DNA of 64,000 nucleotides from Eledone cirrhosa (Eukaryota), in the NCBI GenBank assembly GCA_964016885.1, contig OZ024740.1:13516001-13580000 (forward strand), given 5' to 3'. The notes beneath the pieces are model-generated. The model was given only the letters and a program-made list of their open reading frames with translations. It was not told the origin of the DNA and made no database searches. The first letter of the stretch is position 1, and the number at the start of each line of letters is the position of its first letter. Position numbers and translations under genes: made by a program. Positions 51,300-61,400 of this stretch are shown here, in pieces.

Positions 51300-54200
51300 G
51301 TAGTCAGAATGGTGTTCTGTTAGTCAGAATGGTGTTGTGGTAGTCAGAATGATGTTCTGATATTCAAAATGGTGTTCTGGTAGTCAGAATGGTGTTCTGG
51401 TAGTCAGAATGGTGTTCTGGTAGTCAGAATGGTGTTCTGGTAGTCAGAATGGTGTTCTGGTAGTCAGACTGATGTTCTGGTAGTCAGAATGGTGTTCTGG
51501 TAGTCAGAATGGTGTTCTGGTAGTCAAAATGGTGTTCTGGTAGTCAGAATGGTGTTCTGATAGTCAGAATGGTGTTCTGGTAGTCAGAATGGTGTTCTGG
51601 TAGTCAAAATGGTATTCTGGTAGTCAGAATGGTGTTCTGGTAGTCAGAATGGTGTTCTGGTAGTCAGAATGGTGTTCTGTTAGTCAAAATGGTGTTCTGG
51701 TAGTCAGAAAGTTGTTCTGGTTGTCAGAATGGTGTTCTGGTAGTCAGAATGGTGTTCTGGCAGTCAGAATGGTGTTCTGGTAGTCAGAATGGTGTTCTGG
51801 TAGTCAGACTGGTGTTCTGGTAGTCAGAATGGTGTTCTGGTAGTCAGAATGGTGTTCTGGTAGTCAGAATGATGTTCTGGTAGTCAAAATGGTGTTCTGG
51901 TAGTCAGAATAGTGTTCTAGTAGTCAGAGTGGTGTTCTGGTAGTCAAAATGGTGTTCTGGTAGTCAGAATTGTGTTCTGATAGTCAAAATGGTGTTCTGG
52001 TAGTCAAAATGGTGTTCTGGTAGTCAGAATGGTGTTCTGGTAGTCAGAATGGTGTTCTGGTAGTCAGAATGGTGTTCTGGTAGTCAGAATGGTGTTCTGG
52101 TAGTCAAAATGGTGTTCTGGTAGTCAGAATGGTGTTCTGGTAGTCAAAATGGTGTTCTGGTAGTCAAAATGGTGTTCTGGTAGTCAGAATGGTGTTCTGG
52201 TAATCAGAATGGTGTTCTGGTAGTCAGAATGGTGTTCTGGTATTCAGACTGATGTTCTGGTAGTCAGAATGGTGTTCTGGTAGTCAGAATGGCGTTCTGG
52301 TAGTCAAAATGGATTTATGGTAGTCAGAATGGTGTTCTGGTAGTCAGAATGGTGTTCTGGTAGTCAGAATGGTGTTTTGATAGTCAGAATGGTGTTCTGG
52401 TAGTCAGACTGATGTTCTGGTAGTCAGAATGGTGTTCTGTTAGTCAGAATGGTGTTCTGGTAGTCAGAATGATTTTCTGGTAGTCAAAATGGTGTTCTGG
52501 TAGTCAGAATGGTGTTCTGGTAGTCAGAATGGTGTTCTGGTAGTCAAAATGGTGTTCTGGTAGTCAGAATGGTGTTTTGATAGTCAGAATGGTGTTCTGG
52601 TAGTCAGACTGATGTTCTGGTAGTCAGAATGGTGTTCTGTTAGTCAGAATGGTGTTCTGGTAGTCAGAATGATTTTCTGGTAGTCAAAATGGTGTTCTGG
52701 TAGTCAAAATGGTGTTCTGGTAGTCAGAATGGTGTTCTGGTAGTCAGAATGGTGTTTTGGTAGTCAGAATGGTGTTCTGGTAGTCAAAATGGTGTTCTGG
52801 TAGTCAAAATGGTGTTCTGTTAGTCAGGATGGTGTTCTGGTAGTCAAAATGGTGTTTTGGTACTCAGAATGGTGTTCTGGTAGTCAGAATCGTGTTCTGG
52901 TAGTCAGAATGGTGTTCTGGTAGTCAGAATGGTGTTCTGGTAGACAGGATGGTGTTCTGGTAGTCAGAATGGTGTTCTGGTATACAAAATGGTGTTCTGG
53001 TAGTCAAAATGGTGTTCTGGTAGTCAGAATGGTGTTCTGGTAGACAGACTGGTGTTCTGGTAGTCAGACTGGTATTCTGGTAGTCAGACTGGTCTTCTGG
53101 TAGTCAGACTTGTTCTGATAGTCAGACTGGTGTTCTGGTAGTCAGAATGGTGTTCTGGTAGTCAGAATCGTGTTCTGGTAGTCAGAACGGTGTTCTGGTA
53201 GTCAGACTGGAGTTTTGGTATTCAGACTGGTGTTCTGGTAGTCAGATTGGTGTTCTGGTAATCAGAATGGTTCTGGTAGTCAGAATGGTGTTCTGGTAGT
53301 GAGAATGGTTCTGGTAGTCAGAATGGTTCTGGTAGTCAGAATGGTGTTCTGGTAGTCAGCCTGATGTTCTGGTCGACAGACTGGTGTTCTGGTAGTCAGA
53401 CTGGTGTTCTGGTAGTCAGCCTGATGTTCTGGTAGACAGACTGGTGTTCTGGTAGTCAGCCTGATGTTCTGGTAGTCATATTGGTGTTCTGGTAGTCAGC
53501 CTGATGTTCTGGTAGTCAGAATGGTGTTCTGGTAGTCAGACTGATGTTCTGGTAGTCAGAATTGTGTTCTGGCAGTCAGAATGGTGTTCTAATAGTCAGA
53601 ATGGTGTTCTGGTAGTCAGAATGGTGTTCTGGTAGTCAGAATGTTGTTCTGGTAGTCAGAATCGTGTTCTGGTAGTCAGAATGGTGTTCTGGTAGTCAGA
53701 ATGGTGTTCTGGTAGTCAGAATGGTGTTCTGGTAGTCAGACTGATGTTTTGGTAGTCAGAATGGTGTTCTGGTAGTCCGAATAGTGTCCTGGTAGTCAGA
53801 CTGGTGTTCTGGTAGTCAGACTAGTGTTCTGGTAGTCAGAATGGTGTTCTGGTAGTCAGAATGTTGTTCTGGTAGTCAGACTGGTGTTCTATTAGTCAGA
53901 ATGGTGTTCTGGTAGTCAGCCTGATGTTCTGGTAGTCAGAATATTATTCTGGTAGTCAGACTGGTGTTCTGGTAGTCAGACTGGTGTTCTGGTAGTCAGA
54001 ATGGTGTTCTGGTAGTCATAATTGTGTTCTGGTAGTCAGAATGGTGTTCTAGTAGTCAGAATGGTGTTCTGCTAGTCAGAATGGTGTTCTGGTAGTCAGA
54101 ATGGTGTTCTGGTAGTCAGAATCGTGTTCTGGTAGTCAGAATGGTGTTCTGGTAGTCAGAATGGTGTTCTGTTAGTCAGAATGGTGTTCTGGTAGTCAGA

Positions 54201-57200
54201 ATGGTGTTCTGGTAGTCAGACTGATGTTCTGGTAGTCAGAATGGTGTTCTGTTAGTCAGAATGGTGTTCTGGTAGTCAGAATGATGTTCTGGTAGTCAGA
54301 ATGGTGTTCTGGTAGTCAAAATGGTGTTCTGGTAGTCAGAATGGTGTTCTGATAGTCAAAATGGTGTTCTGGTAGTCAAAATGGTGTTCTGGTAGTCAGA
54401 ATGGTGTTCTGGTAGTCAGAATGGTGTTTTGGTAGTCAGAATGGTGTTCTGGTAGTCACAATGTTGTTCTGGTCGTCAAAATGGTGTTCTGGTAGTCAGA
54501 CTGGTGTTCTGGTAGACAGACTGGTGTTCTAGTAGTCATTATGGTGTTCTGGTAGTCAGAATGGTGTTCTGGTAGTCAGAATGGTGTTCTGGTAGTCAGA
54601 ATGGTGTTCTGGTAGTCAAAATGGTGTTCTGGTAGTCAAAATGGTGTTCTGGTAGTCAGAATGGTGTTCTGGTAGTCAGAATGGTGTTCTGGTAGTCAGA
54701 ATGGTGTTCTGGTAGTCAGAATGGTGTTCTGTTAATCAGACTGATGTTCTGGTAGTCAGAATGGTGTTCTGGTAGTCAGAATGATGTTCTGGTAGTCAAA
54801 ATGGTGTTCTGGTAGTCAGAATGGTGTTCTGATAGTCAGAATGGTGTTCTGGTAGTCAGAATGGTGTTCTGGTAGTCAAAATGGTGTTCTGGTAGTCAGA
54901 ATGGTGTTCTGGTAGTCAGAATGGTGTTCTGGTAGTCAAAATGGTGTTCTGTTAGTCAAAATGGTGTTCTGGTAGTCAGAAAGGTGTTCTGGTTGTCAGA
55001 ATGGTGTTCTGGTAGTCAGAATGGTGTTCTGGCAGTCAGAATGGTGTTCTCGTAGTCAGAATGATGTTCTGGTAGTCAAAATGGTGTTCTGGTAGTCAGA
55101 TTAGTGTTCTAGTAGTCAGAGTGGTGTTCTGGTAGTCAAAATGGTGTTCTGGTAGTCAGAATTGTGTTCTGGTAGTCAAAATGGTGTTCTGGTAGTCAGA
55201 ATGGTGTTCTGGTAGTCAGAATGGTGTTCTGGTAGTCAGAATGGTGTTCTGGTAGTCAGAATGGTGTTCTGGTAGTCAGAATGGTGTTCTGGTAGTCAAA
55301 ATGGTGTTCTGGTAGTCAAAATGGTGTTCTGGTAGTCAGAATGGTGTTCTGGTAGTCAGAATGGTGTTCTGGTAGTCAGAATGGTGTTCTGGTAGTCAGA
55401 ATGGTGTTCTGGTAGTCAGAATGGCGTTCTGGTAGTCAAAATGGTTTTATGGTAGTCAGAATGGTGTTCTGGTAGTCAGAATGGTGTTCTGGTAGTCAGA
55501 ATGGTGTTCTGGTAGTCAAAATGGTGTTCTGGTAGTCAAAATGGTGTTCTGGTAGTCAGAATGGTGTTCTGGTAGTCAGACTTGTTCTGGTAGTCAGACT
55601 AGTGTTCTGGTAGTCATACTGGTGTTCTGGTAGTCAGAATGGTGTTCTGGTAGTCAGAATGGTGTTCTGGTAGTCACAATGGTGTTCTGGTAGTCAGAAT
55701 GTTTTTTCTGGTAGTCAAAATGGTGTTCTGGTAGTCAGAATGGTGTTCTGGTAGTCAGAATGGTGTTCTGGTAGTCAAAATGGTGTTCTGATAGTCACAA
55801 TGGTGTTCTGGTAGTCAGACTGGTGTTCTGGTAGTCAGAATGGTGTTCTGGTAGTCAGAATAGTTCTGGTAGTCAGACTGATGTTCTGGTAGTCAGAATG
55901 GTGTTCTGGTAGTCAGACTGGTGTTCTGGTAGTCAGACTGGTGTTTTTGGTAGTCAGAATGGTGTTCTGGTAGTCAGAATGGTGTTCTGGTAGTCAGACT
56001 TATGTTCTGGTAGTCAGAATTTTGTTCTGGTAGTCAGAATGGTGTTCTAATAGTCAGAATGTTGTTCTGGTAGTCAGAATGGTGTTCTGGTAGTCAGAAT
56101 GGTGTTCTGGTAGTCAGAATGGTGTTCTGTTAGTCAAAATGGTGTTCTGGTAGTCAAAATGGTGTTCTGGTAGTCAGAATGGTGTTCTGGTAGTCAGAAT
56201 GGTGTTCTGGTAGTCAGAATGGTGTTCTGGTAGTCAAAATGGTGTTCTGGTATTCAAAATGGTGTTCTGATAGTCAGACTGGTGTTCTGGTAGTCAGACT
56301 GGTGTTCTAGTAGTCAGAATAGTTCTGGTAGTCAGACTGATGTTTTGGTAGTCAGAATGGTGTTCTGGTAGTCAGACTGGTGTTCTGGTAGTCAGACTGG
56401 TGTTCTGGTAGTCAAAATGGTGTTCTGGTAGTCAAAATGGTGTTCTGCTAGTCAGAATGGTGTTCTGGTAGTCAGACTGGTGTTCTAGTAGTCATAATGG
56501 TGTTCTGGTAGTCAGAATGGTGTTCTGGTAGTCAGACTGATGTTCTGGTAGTCAGAATGGTGTTCTGCTAGTCAGAATGGTGTTCTGGCAGTCAGACTGG
56601 TGTTCTGGTAGTGAGAATGGTGTTCTGGTAGTCAGAATGGTGTTCTGGTAGTCAGAATGGTGTTCTGGTAGTCAGAATGGTGTTCTGGTAGTCAGAATGG
56701 TGTTCTTGTAGTCAGACTGCTGTTCTGGTAGTCAGAATGGTGTTCTGGTAGTCAGACTGATGTTCTGGTAGTCAGACTGGTGTTCTGGTAGTCAGACTGG
56801 TGTTCTGGTAGTCAGACTGGTGTTCTGGTAGTCAGAATGGTGTTCTGGTAGTCAGAATGGTGTTCTGGTAGTCAGAATGGTGTTCTGGTAGTTAGAATGG
56901 ATTTTCTGGTAGTCAGAATGGTGTTCTGGTAGTCCGAATGGTGTTCCGGTAGTCAGAATGGTGTTCTGGTAGTCAGACTGCTATTCTGGTAGTCAGACTG
57001 GTGTTCTGGTAGTCAGACTTGTTCTGGTAGTCAGACTAGTGTTCTGGTAGTCAGACTGGTGTTCTGGTAGTCAGAATGGTGTTCTGGTAGTTAGAATGGT
57101 TCTGGTAGTCAGAATGGTCTTCTGGTAGTCAGAATGGTGTTCTGGTAGTCAGACTGGTGTTCTGGTAGTCAGAATGGTGTTCTGGTAGTCAGCCTGGTGT

Positions 57201-60200
57201 TCTGGTAGTCAGACTGTTATTCTGGTAGTCAGACTGGTGTTCTGGTAGTCAGACTTGTTCTGGTAGTCAGACTAGTGTTCTGGCAGTCAGACTGGTGTTC
57301 TGGTAGTCAGAATGGTGTTCTGGTAGTCAGAATTGTTCTGATAGTCAGAATGGTTCTGGTAGTCAGAATGGTTCTGGTAGTCAGAAGGGTGTTCTGGTAG
57401 TCAGAATGGTGTTCTGGTAGTCAGAATGGTGTTCTGGTAGTCAGACTGGTGCTATGGTAGTTACAATGGTGTTCTGGTAGTCAGAATGGTTCTGGTAGTG
57501 AGAATGGTGTTCTGGTAGTCAGAATGGTGTTCTGGTAGTCAGAATGGTGTTCTGGTAGTCAGAATGGTTCTGGTAGTGAGAATGGTGTTCTGGTAGTCAG
57601 AATGGTCTTCTGGTAGTCAGAATGGTGTTCTGCTAGTCAGAATGGTGTTCTGGTAGTCAGACTGGTGTTCTGGTAGTCAGAATGGTGTTCTGGTAGTCAG
57701 AATGGTGTTCTGGTAGTCAGAATGGTTCTGGTAGTGAGAATGGTGTTCTGGTAGTCAGAATGGTGTTCTGGTAGTCAGAATGGTGTTCTGGTAGTCAGAA
57801 TGGTGTTCTGGTAGTCAGACTGGTGTTCTGGTAGTCAGAATGGTGTTCTGGTAGTCAGACTGATGTTCTGATAGTCAGACTGGTGTTCTGGTAGTCAGAC
57901 TGGTGTTCTGGTAGTCAGAATGGTGTTCTGGTAGTCAGAATGGTTCTGGTAGTCAGAATGGTTTTCTGGTAGTCAGAATGGTGTTGTGGTAGTCAGAATG
58001 GTGTTCTGGTAGTCAGAATGGTCTTCTGGTAGTCAGAATGGTTCTGGTAGTCAGAATGGTGTTCTGGTAGTCAGAATGGTGTTCTGGTAGTCAGAATGGT
58101 TCTGGTAGTCAGAATGGTTCTGGTAGTCAGAATGGTGTTCTGGTAGTCAGAATGGTGTTGTGGTAGTCAGAATGGTGTTCTGGTAGTCAGAATGGTTCTG
58201 GTAGTCAGAAAGGTTCTGGTAGTCAGAAAGGTGTTCTGGTAGTCAGAATGGTGTTCTGGTAGTCAGAATGGTGTTCTGGTATACAGACTTGTGTTCTGGT
58301 AATCAGACTGGTGTTCATGTAGTCAGAATGGTGTTCTGGTAGTCAGACTGGTGTTCTCGTAGTCAGACTGGTGTTCTGGTAGTCAGAATAGTGTTATGGT
58401 TATCAGAATGGTGTTCTAGTAGTCAGAAGGGTTCTGGTAGTCAGAATGGTGTTCTGGTAGTCAGAATGGTGTTCTGGTAGTCAGAATGATTTTCTGGTAG
58501 TCAAAATGGTGTTCTGGTAGTCAGAATGGTGTTCTGGTAGTCAGAATGGTGTTCTGGTAGTCAAAATGGTGTTCTGGTAGTCAGAATGGTGTTCTGATAG
58601 TCAAAATGGTGTTCTGGTAGTCAAAATGGTGTTCTGGTAGTCAGAATGGTGTTCTGGTAGTCAGAATGGTGTTTTGCTAGTCAGAATGGTGTTCTGGTAG
58701 TCAAAATGGTGTTCTGGTAGTCAAAATGGTGTTCTGGTAGTCAGACTGGTGTTCTGGTAGTCAGACTGGTGTTCTAGTAGTCATTATGGTGTTCTGGTAG
58801 TCAGAATGGTGTTCTGGTAGTCAGAATGGTGTTCTGGTAGTCAGAATGGTGTTCTGGTAGTCAAAATGGTGTTCTGGTAGTCAGAATGGTGTTCTGGTAG
58901 TCAGAATGGTGTTCTGGTAGTCAGAATGGTGTTCTGGTAGTCAGACTGATGTTCTGGTAGTCAGAATGGTGTTCTGGTAGTCAGAATGGTGTTCTGGTAG
59001 TCAAAATGGTGTTCTGGTAGTCAGAATGGTGTTCTGGTAGTCAGAATGGTGTTCTAGTAGTCAGAATGGTGTTCTGGTAGTCAAAATGGTGTTCTGTTAG
59101 TCAGGATGGTGTTCTGGTAGTCAAAATGGTGTTTTGGTACTCAGAATGGTGTTCTGGTAGTCAGAATCGTGTTCTGGTAGTCAGAATGGTGTTCTGGTAG
59201 TCAGAATGGTGTTCTGGTAGACAGGATGGTGTTCTGGTAGTCAGAATGGTGTTCTGGTATACAAAATGGTGTTCTGGTAGTCAAAATGGTGTTCTGGTAG
59301 TCAGAATGGTGTTCTGGTAGACAGACTGGTGTTCTGGTAGTCAGACTGGTATTCTGGTAGTCAGACTGGTCTTCTTGTAGTCAGACTTGTTCTGATAGTC
59401 AGACTGGTGTTCTGGTAGTCAGAATGGTGTTCTGGTAGTCAGAATGGTGTTCTGGTAGTCAGAACGGTGTTCTGGTAGTCAGACTGGAGTTTTGGTATTC
59501 AGACTGGTGTTCTGGTAGTCAGATTGGTGTTCTGGTAATCAGAATGGTTCTGGTAGTCAGAATGGTTCTGGTAGTCAGAATGGTGTTCTGGTAGTCAGCC
59601 TGATGTTCTGGTCGACAGACTGGTGTTCTGGTAGTCAGACTGGTGTTCTGGTAGTCAGCCTTATGTTCTGGTAGACAGACTGGTGTTCTGGTAGTCAGCC
59701 TGATGTTCTGGTAGTCATATTGGGGTTCTGGTAGTCAGCCTGATGTTCTGGTAGTCAGAATGGTGTTCTGGTAGTCAGACTGATGTTCTGGTAGTCAGAA
59801 TTGTGTTCTGGCAGTCAGAATGGTGTTCTAATAGTCAGAATGGTGTTCTGGTAGTCAGAATGGTGTTCTGGTAGTCAGAATGTTGTTCTGGTAGTCAGAA
59901 TCGTGTTCTGGTAGTCAGAATGGTGTTCTGGTAGTCAGAATGGTGTTCTGGTAGTCAGAATGGTGTTCTGGTAGTCAGACTGATGTTCTGGTAGTCAGAA
60001 TGGTGTTCTGGTAGTCCGAATAGTGTCCTGGTAGTCAGACTGGTGTTCTGGTAGTCAGACTAGTGTTCTGGTAGTCAGAATGGTGTTCTGGTAGTCAGAA
60101 TGTTGTTCTGGTAGTCAGACTGGTGTTCTATTAGTCAGAATGGTGTTCTGGTAGTCAGCCTGATGTTCTGGTAGTCAGAATATTATTCTGGTAGTCAGAC

Positions 60201-61400
60201 TGGTGTTCTGGTAGTCAGACTGGTGTTCTGGTAGTCAGAATGGTGTTCTGGTAGTCATAATTGTGTTCTGGTAGTCAGAATGGTGTTCTAGTAGTCAGAA
60301 TGGTGTTCTGCTAGTCAGAATGGTGTTCTGGTAGTCAGAATGGTGTTCTGGTAGTCAGAATCGTGTTCTGGTAGTCACAATGGTGTTCTGGTAGTCAGAA
60401 TGGTGTTCTGGTAGTCAGAATGGTGTTCTGGTAGTCAGAATGGTGTTCTGGTAGTCAGACTGATGTTCTGGTAGTCAGAATGGTGTTCTGTTAGTCAGAA
60501 TGGTGTTCTGGTAGTCAGAATGATGTTCTGGTAGTCAGAATGGTGTTCTGGTAGTCAAAATGGTGTTCTGGTAGTCAGAATGGTGTTCTGATAGTCAAAA
60601 TGGTGTTCTGGTAGTCAAAATGGTGTTCTGGTAGTCAGAATGGTGTTCTGGTAGTCAGACTTGTTCTGGTAGTCAGACTAGTGTTCTGGTAGTCATACTG
60701 GTGTTCTGGTAGTCAGAATGGTGTTCTGGCAGTCAGAATGGTTCTGGTAGTCAGAATGGTTCTGGTAGTCAGAAGGGTGTTCTGGTAGTCAGAATGGTGT
60801 TCTGGTAGTCAGAATGGTGTTCTGGTAGTCAGAATGGTGTTCTGGTAGTCAGAATGGTGTTCTGTTAATCAGACTGATGTTCTGGTAGTCAGAATGGTGT
60901 TCTGGTAGTCAGAATGATGTTCTGGTAGTCAAAATGGTGTTCTGGTAGTCAAAATGGTGTTCTGGTAGTCAAAATGGTGTTCTGGTAGTCAGAATGGTGT
61001 TCTGGTAGTCAGAATGGTGTTCTGGTAGTCAGAATGGTGTTCTGGTAGTCAGAATGGTGTTCTGTTAATCAGACTGATGTTCTGGTAGTCAGAATGGTGT
61101 TCTGGTAGTCAGAATGATGTTCTGGTAGTCAAAATGGTGTTCTGGTAGTCAGAATGGTGTTCTGATAGTCAGAATGGTGTTCTGGTAGTCAGAATGGTGT
61201 TCTGGTAGTCAAAATGGTGTTCTGGTAGTCAGAATGGTGTTCTGGTAGTCAGAATGGTGTTCTGGTAGTCAAAATGGTGTTCTGGTAGTCAGAATGGTGT
61301 TCTGATAGTCAGAATGGTGTTCTGGTAGTCAGAAAGGTGTTCTGGTTGTCAGAATGGTGTTCTGGTAGTCAGAATGGTGTTCTGGCAGTCAGAATGGTGT
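51300..61400 (+). repeat. Higher-order repeat: ~10.2-kb block collinear with ~41090-51000
   Basis: GTCGAC 43146/53372 (+10226), GCTATGG 47226/57451 and CATG 48091/58316 (+10225), GTCGAC 49326/59611 and the shared variant TGGCAGTCAGAATGGTTCTGG 50445/60730 (+10285). Ends are approximate. Confidence 0.8.
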
